Source: Spirochaetia bacterium (GTDB lineage Bacteria; Spirochaetota; Spirochaetia; SZUA-6; Bin103). Taken from it: a stretch of DNA of 64,000 nucleotides. The notes beneath the pieces were generated by a model. The model was not told where the DNA came from, ran no database searches, and saw nothing but the letters and a program-made list of their open reading frames with translations. The DNA lies in assembly GCA_965203055.1 (NCBI GenBank), contig OZ241863.1, positions 832,001 to 896,000 of the forward strand, written 5' to 3'. A program made the translations under genes and the position numbers. Shown here piece by piece: positions 30,556 to 41,651 of this stretch; position 1 is the first letter of the stretch, and each line of letters starts with the position of its first letter.

Positions 30556-31835
30556 ATGAAGAAGTACTTGGCACTCGCCGGTATCGCAGCGCTCGCCTCG
30601 GCGGGTCTTGCCTTTGCCGCCGGCGAGCAGGAGGCGGGGGCGGCGCAGACCGTCGACCTCAGCATGTGGCTGTCGGTGGACGTGTCGCCCGACCAGCTCT
30701 GGGGCGGCCCGGGCGCGAGTTCCTGGCCACGGTGGAGGCCAACTACCCGCACGTCGACCTGACCTTCACCACCGTCGGCGAGCGCGATCTGGTGCCGCAG
30801 TTCATCGCCGCCTACGGCGCCGGCGATCCGCCCGACATCGTGCAGCAGTACTCCAGCGGCACCACCAAGATGGTCAACGGCGGCTACTTCCGGGCGCTGG
30901 ACGATCTGTTCGCCGCCTATGAGGGCAAGGACAACTTCCGCGAGGGTACGCTGGACGCCTACACCTACGACGGCAAGCTCTACGGCATCCCCGCGATCGG
31001 CGGGCACCACTACATCTTCTACTACCGCAAGGACTGGTTCGCCGACGCCGGAATCCCCAATCCCAGGACCTGGGAGGAGGTGATCCGCGCCGGCCAGGCG
31101 ATGACCGGCGGCAACCGCTGGGGTTACGGCCACGCCGGCGGCCCCGGCTACGACCAGGGTCCGGCCTACTTTCAGATCATGCTGCTCAGCGCCGGCGGCG
31201 AGATCGTCGATGACGACGGCAATGCGGCGTTCAACAGCCCCGTCGGCGCCGCGGTAGCGGAGTTTCAGCGCGACTGGATCGCCAAGTACGGCATCAGCCC
31301 GGAGACCATCGCCGCGGCCGACGACGCCGAAATCGAAGCCGGGTTCCGCGCCGGGGTCTACGGCAGCTACATCGACGGCATCTGGGAGTACAAGCAGATG
31401 AGCCAGCAGGCCGCCGACATGTTCCCGCACGTCGGGGTGGCGCCGATTCCGAAGACCGTCGAGGCGGGCCGGCACGTTACCTACAGCGACAACTGGGCGC
31501 TGTTCATGCCGGCCAACATTGCCGCCGAGAAGGTCGCTCCGGCGTTCGAGCTGATGACCCTGTGGATCAACGTCACCGACGCGCCGTACGGCAAGCTGGG
31601 CGGCTTCCTGCCGATCCTCAAGGACGTGCAGCCCGACTTCGACGACCCGGAGGTGAAGCGCATCATGCTGGAGGAGATCGCGCCGACGGTGGTGCCGCTG
31701 CCGCGCCTGGAGAATCTGCCGGAGATGAACGATCTGTTGGCCAGCGCCCTTGGCAAGGTACTGCTGGGGGACGAGACCGCGCAGGCGGCGCTGGACGCCG
31801 CCGCCGACCGCTACGACACGCTGTTCGCCAACTGA
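30556..31835 (+). CDS. Sugar ABC solute-binding protein with a frameshift near 30700-30716
   Basis: RBS ggaggaa + signal peptide MKKYLAL..AFAAGEQE in one frame; PPDIV, YDGKLYGIP, YYRKD, PRTWEE in the other frame. Confidence 0.8.
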
Positions 31836-31944
31836 CCGTCGCGGCGGCCCCGCTCCCGGGCGGCCGCCGCCGCGCGGCGCGGGCCGCCGGCGGATCGTAC
31901 GGCCGGCGGGCGCGGCAGGCGCGGTTCCGGCGCCGCACTGAACC

Positions 31945-32835
31945 TTGAAACGCACCGGCGCGCCGCTGCTGCGCTACCTCAACCGGCACCGGTTCCAGTA
32001 TCTGTCGCTGGCGCCGGCCCTGTTCCTGATCTTCATGGTGTCGTTCTATCCCCTGGGGTACACGATCTACCTGTCGTTCTTCGAGGGCGGGCTGGCGCGG
32101 CTGCAGTACGTCGGGCTCGGCAACTACGCGTGGCTGCTGCGGGACGACTTCTTCTGGGAGTCGGCGCGCATCTCGGTGGTCTACACCTGCTTCACCGTGG
32201 CGCTGACCCTGGCGGCCAGTCTGGGGATGGGCATCCTGCTGGCCCAGCCGGAGCGGGGCAATCAGGTGTTCAAGTACCTCGCCATCCTGCCGTGGATCAT
32301 CTCCGCGGTGGTGGCGGGGATCCTGTGGAAGTGGATCCTGAGCGCCGAGTTCGGGGCCTTGAACGAGGCGCTGCTGCTGGTCGGACTGCAGCGGGTGAAC
32401 TGGCTCGGCAGACCCAACTCGGCGATGACCATGATCATCGCCGGCGGAGTGTGGAAGACGCTGCCGTTCACCGGCCTGCTGTTCTACGCCGCGGTGCTGT
32501 CGCTGCCGCAGGAGATCTACGAATCCGCGCTGACCGACGGCGCCGGCCCGCTGCAGCGCTTCGGGCGCCTCACCTTACCGCTGTTGCGGCCTGCCATTTT
32601 GGTGGTGCTGGTGATCCTCACCATCAACTTCTTCAACGAACTGACCATGCCGCTGACCATCACCAACGGCGGTCCCTCACGCGCCACCACGGCGCTGCCG
32701 CTGTACATGTGGCGGGTGGCGTTCCGCTACACCCGCCTGGGGCTCGGCTCGGTGATCGCCCTGGTGCTGTTCGCGGTGAACATCGGCCTTGCGGTCGGCT
32801 ACATCAAGCTGATCAAGGCGGAGAACCTGTATTGA
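31945..32835 (+). CDS. Sugar ABC permease (MalF-like)
   Basis: VGLGNY, IYESALTDGA, TNGGP motifs. Confidence 0.9.
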   Translation: MKRTGAPLLRYLNRHRFQYLSLAPALFLIFMVSFYPLGYTIYLSFFEGGLARLQYVGLGNYAWLLRDDFFWESARISVVYTCFTVALTLAASLGMGILLAQPERGNQVFKYLAILPWIISAVVAGILWKWILSAEFGALNEALLLVGLQRVNWLGRPNSAMTMIIAGGVWKTLPFTGLLFYAAVLSLPQEIYESALTDGAGPLQRFGRLTLPLLRPAILVVLVILTINFFNELTMPLTITNGGPSRATTALPLYMWRVAFRYTRLGLGSVIALVLFAVNIGLAVGYIKLIKAENLY

Positions 32836-32856
32836 CGGGGCGCGGGGTCGGCTAGG

Positions 32857-33690
32857 ATGCACCGCAGCACCGCCCTTACCGTGCTGGTCTACGCGCTGAT
32901 CGTGCTGGTCTCGCTGTGGTCGCTGTTTCCGCTGCTGTGGGGCGTCTCCACCTCGCTCAAGGTCGACCAGGACATCTTCACCTCGCCGCCGCGCTGGATT
33001 CCGGCGCGGGCTACTCTGGAGCACTACTACAGCACCTTCATCGTCGGGCAGTTCTACCGCAACGTGCTCAACAGCCTGTTCATCTCCGGGGCGGCGACCG
33101 CCATCTCCCTGGCCGGCGGGGTGCTGGCCGCCTACTCGCTGGCGCGCTTCCGGTTCGCCGGCAACAGCGTGATTCTGGTGCTGATCCTGGCCTCGATGAC
33201 GGTGCCGGGGCTCACCAACCTGATCCCGATCTACGTGATGCTGGCCAAGCTCAAGCTGTTGAGCACCTACACCGGCCTGATCCTGATCTACGGCGGCTGG
33301 GGCATCCCGTGGACGGTGTGGATCATGCGCGGGTTCTTCCAGTCGCTGCCGCGCGAGCTGGAGGACGCGGCCCGGGTGGATGGCTGCTCGCGGCTGCAGA
33401 CCCTGCTGCGCGTCATCCTGCCGCTCAGCGCGCCGGGCATCATCAGCACCACGATCTTCCTGTTCCTCAACAACTGGAACGAATACATCGCGGCGCGCAC
33501 CTACCTGCAGGCGGCGGTGGAGAAGCACACCGCGCCGGTGAAGATCTTCTTCGCCATGCACTCCACGCTGACCCAGAACTGGGGCGGCCTCAACGCCATG
33601 TCGTTCATCTCCTACCTGCCGGTGCTGCTGCTGTTCTCCTTCCTGTCCAAGTACTTCATCGCCGGCCTCACCACCGGTTCCTCACGCTGA
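32857..33690 (+). CDS. Sugar ABC permease (MalG-like)
   Basis: LPRELEDAARVDG; NWNEY; TM segments. Confidence 0.92.
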   Translation: MHRSTALTVLVYALIVLVSLWSLFPLLWGVSTSLKVDQDIFTSPPRWIPARATLEHYYSTFIVGQFYRNVLNSLFISGAATAISLAGGVLAAYSLARFRFAGNSVILVLILASMTVPGLTNLIPIYVMLAKLKLLSTYTGLILIYGGWGIPWTVWIMRGFFQSLPRELEDAARVDGCSRLQTLLRVILPLSAPGIISTTIFLFLNNWNEYIAARTYLQAAVEKHTAPVKIFFAMHSTLTQNWGGLNAMSFISYLPVLLLFSFLSKYFIAGLTTGSSR

Positions 33691-33740
33691 AGGTGCCTGG
33701 CAGCGCGATCTGCTCGACCGGATAGGAGGACCTCCAAGGG

Positions 33741-34040
33741 TCAAGTTTCCAAGTTTCGTTTGAGGTCTTCCAAAGCAACGATTCTGCCGGCTGCAAAGTC
33801 GTCATCCGATTCCGCAATTGCTTCGAGGTCGTCCTTGGTCAGGGGTTCGTCGTCCGCCGGAGCAGATGCAAGATTTCGGGCAACGGGATCGTTCATGAGG
33901 AACTGGTCAGCCGGTATGAAGGGCGGATCATTCATGAACCTGAGGAACTGCAGGTAGCGCCTGACGGCATGAAGCTCCTGGTCCGGCAGAACGTCGATGA
34001 GTCTCTTGATCTCTTCCCGTGACGTTGCCCGCCTATCCAT
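33741..34040 (-). CDS. Small acidic hypothetical protein, antitoxin-like
   Basis: LIDVLPDQEL...APADDEPLT..AIAES..DFAAGRIV resembles RelB/ParD-type partners; TAGCGT 8 nt before ATG. Confidence 0.55.
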   Translation of the reverse strand: MDRRATSREEIKRLIDVLPDQELHAVRRYLQFLRFMNDPPFIPADQFLMNDPVARNLASAPADDEPLTKDDLEAIAESDDDFAAGRIVALEDLKRNLET

Positions 34041-34119
34041 ATGGGGCCACGCTATATCATCAGGACGTCACGGTCAAGGTTTTGCGGGTTTGTCGACGAA
34101 CGTGGCAGGCTGCGAGGCG

Positions 34120-35949
34120 TCACCGGCCGGTGGTCCCAATTACCGGGGCGGTCTGGACGTATTCCAGGCTCTGGTGGCGGAAGTAGGCGTTGTACAGCTC
34201 GGCGTAGTGGCCGCCGGCCTGCAGCAGCCGCTCGTGGTCGCCCTGTTCGATGATCTCGCCGGCGCGCAGCACGACGATGCGGTCGGCCCGCTTGATGGTG
34301 GACAGGCGGTGGGCGATGACGATGGCGGTGCGCTCGCGCAACAGCTCCTCCATGCCCTCCTGCACCAGCGCCTCGGTGAGCGGATCGATACTGGCGGTCG
34401 CCTCGTCGAGGATCAGCACCGCGGGGTCCTGCAGCAGCACGCGGCTGAGGGCGATGAGCTGGCGCTGGCCGAGCGACAGGTTGCGCCCGCGCTCGGTCAC
34501 CTCGGTGGCGAGGCCGCGCGGCAGGGTGCCGATCCAGTCGCCGCCGCCCACCCGCGCCGCGGCGGCCGCCGCCTCCGCGTCACCGGCGGCGCTGCGGCCG
34601 TAGCGGATGTTGTCCAGCACGCTGCCGTCGAACAGAAACGGCACCTGGGTAACGAAGCCGAGGTGGGAGCGGTAGGCGGCCAGATCCAGGCTGCGGATGT
34701 CGCGCCCGTCGACCAGAATCTCACCGCCCTGAAACTCGTAGAAGCGGGCCACCAGCTTGGTGATGCTCGACTTGCCGGAGCCGGTGTGGCCCACCAGCGC
34801 CAGGGTCTCGCGCGGGTGGATGGTCAGCGAGAAGCCGTCGAACACGCGCTCGCCCTCGGTATAGTGGAAGCGCACGTTGCGCAGCTCGAGGCGGCCGGTC
34901 ACGGCCGGCACCGGGGCGGAGCCGGTCTGCACCACGTGCGGTTCGGCGTCGAGGAGGGCGAACACCCGCTCGCCGGCGGCCAGTCCGCGTTGGAACTGGT
35001 TCCAGAACGAGGCGATCATGGCGAGCCGGAACCACAACAGCCGCACCGTCAACAGGTACAGGTACCATTCGCCGATGCTCAGGCCGCCGAAGCCGGCGCG
35101 GATTCCGCCGGCGTACACCAGCGCCGCGGAGCCCAGGCCGGCGATGGAGATCAACAACGGCGTGAAGCTGGCAAACACCACGTCGTGCCGCCGGTTGAAA
35201 CGAAACGCCTGCTCGTTGACCGGCGCGAACTGGTCATAGAGAAGCTGTTCCTTGCGGAACGACTTGGCGACGCCGATCCCGCTCATCGTCTCGTGCACGT
35301 GACCGCTGACGCCGGCAACCGCGCGCCGCGACTGGGTCACCACGCGGCGGGAAATGCGCCGGAATCCCAGCGCCGCGGAGAAGCATGCCGGCACCATCAG
35401 CAGCGCGATCAGGGTCAGCGGCGCGTCGATGGTGAACAGGTAGGCGAAGATCAGGAGGGCCAGGACTACCTCGCTCACCACGTCGATGGTCATCAGCACG
35501 ACCTGGGAAAAAGTCTGGGTGTCGGACAGCACCCGGCTGACGATGCCGCCGGTGGGGTAGCGGTCGAAGAACGAGAGGTCGTGGCCGAGCACCGCGTCGA
35601 AGACGGCGCGGCGCAGGCGCAGCACGACGTTGCCCACGGCGCGGGTGCCTACCATGCGGCTCACGGCGCTGGCGCCCCAGTCGGAAACGCTCAGCAGCAG
35701 GATGGCGGCCGCCGCCAATGCCACCGCGGCGAAGGAGAACCCGGCGGTCGCCACCTGATCGATGGTGCGCGACAACACGATCGGCAGCGCCACGCCGATC
35801 AGCGATCCGGCCACGATGGCGGCCGACACCGTGAGCATGGCGCGGCGGTCGGCGCGGAAGTAGGAGAGGATGCGCCCCACCAGCTCGCGGTCGCGGTAGC
35901 TGCGGTCGTAGCCCTCGGCGGAAATGCGGTCGTCGGGCGAGGCGCTCAC
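34120..35949 (-). CDS. ABC exporter TMD-NBD subunit (heterodimer, consensus catalytic Glu)
   Basis: GHTGSGKS, LSLGQRQ, ILDEAT, IAHRLST. Confidence 0.92.
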   Translation of the reverse strand: MSASPDDRISAEGYDRSYRDRELVGRILSYFRADRRAMLTVSAAIVAGSLIGVALPIVLSRTIDQVATAGFSFAAVALAAAAILLLSVSDWGASAVSRMVGTRAVGNVVLRLRRAVFDAVLGHDLSFFDRYPTGGIVSRVLSDTQTFSQVVLMTIDVVSEVVLALLIFAYLFTIDAPLTLIALLMVPACFSAALGFRRISRRVVTQSRRAVAGVSGHVHETMSGIGVAKSFRKEQLLYDQFAPVNEQAFRFNRRHDVVFASFTPLLISIAGLGSAALVYAGGIRAGFGGLSIGEWYLYLLTVRLLWFRLAMIASFWNQFQRGLAAGERVFALLDAEPHVVQTGSAPVPAVTGRLELRNVRFHYTEGERVFDGFSLTIHPRETLALVGHTGSGKSSITKLVARFYEFQGGEILVDGRDIRSLDLAAYRSHLGFVTQVPFLFDGSVLDNIRYGRSAAGDAEAAAAAARVGGGDWIGTLPRGLATEVTERGRNLSLGQRQLIALSRVLLQDPAVLILDEATASIDPLTEALVQEGMEELLRERTAIVIAHRLSTIKRADRIVVLRAGEIIEQGDHERLLQAGGHYAELYNAYFRHQSLEYVQTAPVIGTTGR

Positions 35950-37799
35950 GGCGACGCCCCGGAAACGGCGCCGGCGGGCGCGGCGGCCGCGGCCGCCGCG
36001 CCGGACCCCGGGCCGCGCAACGGCGGCAGGTCGATGTCGTAGCGGCTGAAGATCCGGCGGTAGACCGGGGAGGTGGCGAGCAATTCGTCATGGGCGCCGT
36101 TGGCTGCGATCCGGCCGTGGTTCAGCACCACGACGCGGTCCGCCCACCGGATCTGCGACAGCCGGTGGGTGATGAGCAGCGTGGTGCGGCCGCGCTGCAC
36201 GTTATGCAGCGCGCGTTGAATCTCGTCCTCGGTGGCGCTGTCGATGGCGCTGGTGGAGTCGTCCAGGATCAGGATGCGCGGGTCTTTCAGAAAGGCGCGC
36301 GCCAGGGCGATGCGCTGCCGCTGGCCGCCCGACAGGGTGACCCCGCGCTCGCCGATGATGGTGTCGTAGCCGTTCTGAAACGACTCGATGAAGTCATGGG
36401 CGGCGGCCGCGCGCGCGGCGGCTTCGAGGTCGCGCCGGCCGGCGCCGGGGCGGGCGAAGGCGATGTTGTCGGCCACCGACAGCGAGAACAGGAATACGTC
36501 CTGTTCGATGGTGGCGATTTGCGAGCGCAGGCTGGTCAGGTTCCAGTCGCGCAGGTCGACGCCGTCGATGGCGACGCGCCCGGCGCCGGGGTCGTAGGTG
36601 CGGTTCACCAGTTGGGTGAGGGTGGTCTTGGCGGACCCGGTCTGGCCGACCAGCGCCACCGTTTCTCCGGCGGCGACGCGCAGGTCGACGTCGGCCAGCA
36701 CCGTCTGTCCCGGCTGGTAGTCGAAGGAGACCCGCTCGAAGGCAACGGCGCCGCGCATGGCGGCCCGGTGCCCGCCGGTGTTCTGATCCAGCTCGGTGGA
36801 GGCGGTGATCATGGTCAGGATGCGGCGCGCCCCGGCGATACCGTTGCGCACCTGCGAGAAGCACATGGTCGCCTTGTTGCTCGGGTTGCGAAACAGCGCC
36901 ATCAGCCCGACGAAGGCGATCAGTTCGCTCAATTCGATGCGGCCCGCGCGCAGCAACACGATCCCGTGCAGGAGCGCCAGCGCGGTAGCGACGCCGAAGG
37001 CGAGCAACGCCGCGTTCAACGCCTCGATGCGGCCTTGGCGCACCAGCAGGTCGCGGAACACGCCGGCGGCGCGGTGGAAGCGCTGCCGTTCCCAGGCCTC
37101 GCGCACGGTGGCCTTGACCACCTCGATGCCGGTAATCACCTCTTCCGCCACCGCCGCCAGCCTCCCGTATTGGGTGCGCTGCTCGGCGAGCGCCGGCGAC
37201 ACGCGCCGCATGTGGTCGCGCACCGCGGCGGCGAACGCCAGACCGTAGAGCGCCGGCACCACCGCCAGCCGGGGGTCGATCAGCGCCACGTAGGTGAGCG
37301 TCACCGCGAACCCGATCGGCAAGTCGGTCAGGTAGACGATGCCGGGGTTGATCATTTCGTTGACCAGGCGCGTGTCGTCGGTAGCGCGCGCCACCAGATC
37401 GCCGATCCGCTGCCGGTTGTGGAAGGTCTGACTCTTGCCCAGCAGGCCGCGGTACAGTTCGTCGCGCGCGTCGCGCTCCAGCCGGTGGCCCAGGGTCGTG
37501 GAGCAGACCATGACGCTGAGCAGCGCCGCGGCGTTGGCCAGCATGACGCCCAACAACCCGCCGGCCGCCAGCAGCAGCTCGCGGCCGCCGAGGCCGTCGA
37601 TCACCACCTGCGCGCCGCGCCCGATCATCACCGGGGTCAGGGCGAACATCGACCACGAGGCGAGCTGGCAGAGCACCGCCAGCGCGAACACCACCGGATA
37701 GCGGCGCAGGTGGGAGATGATCCAGCGGCCCGGGGTACGGGTATCGAACGCGGCGCTGCGCGGCGCCGAGCCGGCGGCCGCGGTGAACTCCGAGATCAT
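35946..37799 (-). CDS. ABC exporter TMD-NBD subunit (heterodimer, degenerate site)
   Basis: GQTGSAKT, LSGGQRQ, ILDDS (Asp for catalytic Glu), ITHR; TM287/288-like pairing. Confidence 0.9.
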   Translation of the reverse strand: MISEFTAAAGSAPRSAAFDTRTPGRWIISHLRRYPVVFALAVLCQLASWSMFALTPVMIGRGAQVVIDGLGGRELLLAAGGLLGVMLANAAALLSVMVCSTTLGHRLERDARDELYRGLLGKSQTFHNRQRIGDLVARATDDTRLVNEMINPGIVYLTDLPIGFAVTLTYVALIDPRLAVVPALYGLAFAAAVRDHMRRVSPALAEQRTQYGRLAAVAEEVITGIEVVKATVREAWERQRFHRAAGVFRDLLVRQGRIEALNAALLAFGVATALALLHGIVLLRAGRIELSELIAFVGLMALFRNPSNKATMCFSQVRNGIAGARRILTMITASTELDQNTGGHRAAMRGAVAFERVSFDYQPGQTVLADVDLRVAAGETVALVGQTGSAKTTLTQLVNRTYDPGAGRVAIDGVDLRDWNLTSLRSQIATIEQDVFLFSLSVADNIAFARPGAGRRDLEAAARAAAAHDFIESFQNGYDTIIGERGVTLSGGQRQRIALARAFLKDPRILILDDSTSAIDSATEDEIQRALHNVQRGRTTLLITHRLSQIRWADRVVVLNHGRIAANGAHDELLATSPVYRRIFSRYDIDLPPLRGPGSGAAAAAAAPAGAVSGASP

Positions 37800-38008
37800 G
37801 GCAGAGGGTATGCGGAAAGAGCCGCCATGTCGAGTGCGAGACCGCTCGTTCCCAAAGCGCCGGGCGCGCCGCCAATGTTCTTCCCGCACGCACGTACGCG
37901 CGCAGAGCGCGCACGCATCCGGGAGATTGACCGCGGGCGCATGATTGGCATAGAATCCGCGCCGAACGGTGGCGCTCCCGCAGTCGAAGGGCGTCAAGGA
38001 GGAACACT

Positions 38009-39985
38009 ATGGTGAAGACGATTTTGCTCGTTGCCGGAGTCTTTCTGGCCGCGCCCGTCGTTGCATTGGCGGGCGCCGCCGAGGAGCGAACCGGGGAGGC
38101 AACCGGGCAAGAGCAGGCGGCGGTCCCGAGCGGCAGCTATCGGGAGGCGCCGATGCTGACCGAGCTGGTGGCCCGGGGCGAGCTGCCGCCGGTGGATGAC
38201 CGGCTGCCGACCGAGCCGGCGCTGCTGGAGCCGATCGAGTCGGTCGGCCAGTACGGCGGTACGCTGTTCGTTCAAGCCACCGACAATTCTCCCTGGGGCG
38301 ATCTGCAGGAGGAGACGGAGCGCGGCAGCTATCTGGGGCGCTTCCGCTTCGACCGTCTGGAGGTCGAAGGCAATCTCGCCGAGGGTTTCGAGCAAGCCGA
38401 GGACGACAAGAGCATCACCATCTTTCTGCGGCCGGGGGCGAAGTGGTCGGACGGGGCGCCCTTCACGGCCGACGACATCCTGTTCATGTACGAGGACATG
38501 CACTGGCACGACGAGGTCGAGACCTGGATGTGGCTGCCGCAGGCGCGCCGCGTGGTCAAGATCGACGACTACACCGTACGCCTGGAGACCGATGAGCCGT
38601 ACCCGGTTTTGACCTTGAAGATGGCGGAGCCGGCCGGCGGGGATTGGCACTCCTACTATCCCAAGCACTACTTGCAGAAGTGGCACATCCGGTACAACCC
38701 CGATGCGAATGCGCTGGCCAAGGAGGAGGGGTTCGACTCCTGGGACGAGGCGTTCCGCCATCATTTCTGGTGGAATCCGCGCCAGGACATGAACTTTCCC
38801 ACGATGCAGCCGTGGGTGATAACGCAGTCCAACACCACCAACAAGGTGCACGAGCGCAATCCCTACTACTGGAAGGTGGATTCGCAGGGCCAGCAGCTCC
38901 CCTACGTCGACCGGATCGTGACCGACATCGTGGATTGGGAGACCTACCATCTGCGGATCATTTCCGGCGCTTCGGACGTGGCCTTCGTCAACACGCTGTT
39001 CGAGAACTACTCGCTGTACAAGCAGAACGAGCAGGCCGGCGGTTACCGCGTGGTGCTGTTGCCGGGAAACAAGGGAGCCGACGTCGGCTTCAGCATCAAC
39101 CAGAACCATCCCGATCCCGTCAAGGGAAGCGTCTATGGCGACGTCCGCTTCCGCCAGGCCATCTCGCTGGCGATCGACCGCGACGACTTGAACGAAGCCT
39201 TGTTCTTCGGCCTCGCCGTCCCGCGGCAGTTCACGATCCTTCCGAACGCCAGCTTCTACAAGCCGGAGTGGGGCGAGGCGTACGCTCAGTTCGACCCCGG
39301 CCGCGCCAACGAGCTGCTCGACGCCGTGGGCCTGGAACGGCGCGACCGCGACGGCTATCGGGTCGGCGCCGACGGCAAGACCTTCGAGATGGTCGTGGAG
39401 TACGGCGTCGGCGGCGAGGCGGCGGATCCTTCGAAGTCGCTGGAGCTGGTCAAGGAGTACTGGGAGGAGGTCGGGCTCAAGGTGTTGCTCAAACAGTGGG
39501 AATACGGCTACTTCGGGCAGCGTCGGGAAGATCCGGAGCACGAGATCATGTTCAAGGACGAACCGATGAAGGAGGTGCGCCACTTCATGGTGGAACGTGA
39601 GTCCTGGACCGCCGCCAGCACCTGGGCGCCGTTGTGGCATGTGTGGCTGCTGGCCGACGCCAACGTCAAGGACGGATCGCGCACTCTGGACGACTACGGC
39701 GGCGCGCTTCCGGGTGAGGAGCCGCCCGAGTACGTGAAGCAGCTCTTCGAGTATGGCGAAGCCCGAATCAGGACCGATCTTGGCTCTCCCGAATACCGGG
39801 AGTACTCGCAGAAGATCTATGACTGGCATGCCGAGCAACTGGTACACATTGGCGCCGTCGGCATGGCCCCGGCGGTCTACATTGCCAAGGACCACCTCGG
39901 CAACGTACCACAGGAGTTCTACACCGGGATCGGCGGTTCGATAGACCTCAACATCCTGGGCGAACAGCTCTTCTTCAAACAGTAG
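38009..39985 (+). CDS. Peptide/nickel ABC solute-binding protein (family 5)
   Basis: aaggagga RBS; GELPPVDDRLP, KWSDGAPFTADD, RNPYYWKVD..GQQLPY. Confidence 0.92.
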   Translation: MVKTILLVAGVFLAAPVVALAGAAEERTGEATGQEQAAVPSGSYREAPMLTELVARGELPPVDDRLPTEPALLEPIESVGQYGGTLFVQATDNSPWGDLQEETERGSYLGRFRFDRLEVEGNLAEGFEQAEDDKSITIFLRPGAKWSDGAPFTADDILFMYEDMHWHDEVETWMWLPQARRVVKIDDYTVRLETDEPYPVLTLKMAEPAGGDWHSYYPKHYLQKWHIRYNPDANALAKEEGFDSWDEAFRHHFWWNPRQDMNFPTMQPWVITQSNTTNKVHERNPYYWKVDSQGQQLPYVDRIVTDIVDWETYHLRIISGASDVAFVNTLFENYSLYKQNEQAGGYRVVLLPGNKGADVGFSINQNHPDPVKGSVYGDVRFRQAISLAIDRDDLNEALFFGLAVPRQFTILPNASFYKPEWGEAYAQFDPGRANELLDAVGLERRDRDGYRVGADGKTFEMVVEYGVGGEAADPSKSLELVKEYWEEVGLKVLLKQWEYGYFGQRREDPEHEIMFKDEPMKEVRHFMVERESWTAASTWAPLWHVWLLADANVKDGSRTLDDYGGALPGEEPPEYVKQLFEYGEARIRTDLGSPEYREYSQKIYDWHAEQLVHIGAVGMAPAVYIAKDHLGNVPQEFYTGIGGSIDLNILGEQLFFKQ

Positions 39986-40006
39986 GACGCTTGGCGTCGG
40001 CCGCGG

Positions 40007-41560
40007 CTAGGTGAGGAGGGTGGGGCGGAGGTTGGGGATGTCGGGGTCGGCGGGAAACCAGGGGCGCCGGAGGTTGCGGAACGGGACGCCCCGCACCGTG
40101 GCCGGGGTGGGGCCGGGGGTGTCGAGTACGTAGGTGGCGGCGGCGATGGGCGAGTAGGCCAGGTGGTAGTTCATCGGGTTCTTGGCGACGATGAACTTGG
40201 CGGCGGCGGGGTCGAGGCCTACGCAGCGGAACTGCTCGTCGGCCCAGTCGTAGGTGGCGTGGGTGGCCAGCAGGAGGTGCACCGCGCCCGGGCCGCCGCG
40301 CGCGGGGACCGCCAGTACGGCGCTGGGGCCCATGGCGCCCTCCACGCCGTCCCAGATGCCGCCGCGGTAGCGGAAGCGGCCGTCGCTGAGGCGGAGCACG
40401 TGGCCGGTGACGGTGACCGGCTGGCCCCACTGCGGATCGAGCCGGTGCCCTACCGCTACGGTGACGGCGTTCCCGGCGCCGGCGTCGTGGCAGGCGCGCG
40501 CCGCCGCCGGATCCACCACCGGCACCAGCGCGGGACCGGGCAGGTTGGCGCCGAGCAGCGCCTTGAGGGAGGCCGCGCTGTCGCCGGCGGCGCCGCCGCC
40601 GCAGCAGTCGGCGGTTTCCACCAGCAGCACCGTGCCCTCCACCTGCAGGCCGGCGGCTACCGCCTGCTCGGGGGTGTGGACTTGCGGCTCCAGCTCCGCG
40701 CGGCGCTGCCAGTATTCCTCCGCCAGCACGGCGGCGAGCCGGGCCGCGCGCTCCGGGTCGCCGTCGGTGATTACCAGGGCGCCGCTGCCCAGGTCCGGCA
40801 GATCGAGGTAGGGGTGCACCAGAAACATGCTGGTGGACAGCACGCCGGCAGCCGCCTCCAGCGCCTTGGCGCGGCGCATCAGGTCGGCGAACGGGCCGGC
40901 GCCTTCGGTCGAGCCGTTGATCGCGCCGGTCACCACCGGCACCTTGGCCATTGCCATGGTGGGCCGGCAGCGCCCGGCCATGGCGTCCGCCAGCAGCCGC
41001 GCGGCGCGCTCCCCGGTGGCGACCGCATCGCGGTGGGGATAGGTCTCCCAGGCCACCAGGGCGTCGGCGCCCCGCACCATCGCCGCCGTGACGTGGGCAT
41101 GCAGGTCGAGGGTGGCGACCACCGGCGTTGCCGCTCCCACCGTCGCGCGCACCGCGCCGATCAGGTCGCCCTCCGGGTCGCCGACGTGCTCGGCCGCGGC
41201 GGCGCCGTGCAGCGGCAACAGCACGCCGTCTACCGGCAGCGCCGCGCGCAGCCGCTGCAGCAGCTCGCCCTTCAGTTCCTCGTAGGTGTCTCTGGTAAGC
41301 GGGCCGCCGGAGCAGGTGCTGGCGTACAGCAACGGCACCGGCGAGAGGCGCCGCTCGCGCAGCACCTGCAGCATTCCCGCCACCGCGCCGGAGGCGCCGG
41401 CCAGCAGCTCCTCGCCGCGGAGCAGCTCGTAACGCTCATACCAGGAACGGTCGATCGGCGCGCCGCCGAGGTGGTTGCACTCGGTGAAGATGGCGCCGAC
41501 CGCTACCCGCAAGGGCGCGCCGGCCCGCGCGGCATCCGCTTGACTTGGCTTGGTCTCCAT
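40007..41560 (-). CDS. M81 family metallopeptidase (MlrC-like)
   Basis: LHGA, DPEGD, LDLHAH, YPHRD, DCCGGG motifs. Confidence 0.88.
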   Translation of the reverse strand: METKPSQADAARAGAPLRVAVGAIFTECNHLGGAPIDRSWYERYELLRGEELLAGASGAVAGMLQVLRERRLSPVPLLYASTCSGGPLTRDTYEELKGELLQRLRAALPVDGVLLPLHGAAAAEHVGDPEGDLIGAVRATVGAATPVVATLDLHAHVTAAMVRGADALVAWETYPHRDAVATGERAARLLADAMAGRCRPTMAMAKVPVVTGAINGSTEGAGPFADLMRRAKALEAAAGVLSTSMFLVHPYLDLPDLGSGALVITDGDPERAARLAAVLAEEYWQRRAELEPQVHTPEQAVAAGLQVEGTVLLVETADCCGGGAAGDSAASLKALLGANLPGPALVPVVDPAAARACHDAGAGNAVTVAVGHRLDPQWGQPVTVTGHVLRLSDGRFRYRGGIWDGVEGAMGPSAVLAVPARGGPGAVHLLLATHATYDWADEQFRCVGLDPAAAKFIVAKNPMNYHLAYSPIAAATYVLDTPGPTPATVRGVPFRNLRRPWFPADPDIPNLRPTLLT

Positions 41561-41651
41561 CAATTGAATCGGCTCGTTCTACCACGAGGAGGGCGCCCTG
41601 ACCACCGGCACGGGTCAGGCAGGCAACACGGGGCGGCGGGGCGGCCGGCCT

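Noticed and set aside
33691..33740. Possible RelE 5' remnant (LEVLLSGRADR) after the antitoxin-like gene
   Set aside because: Too short to support.
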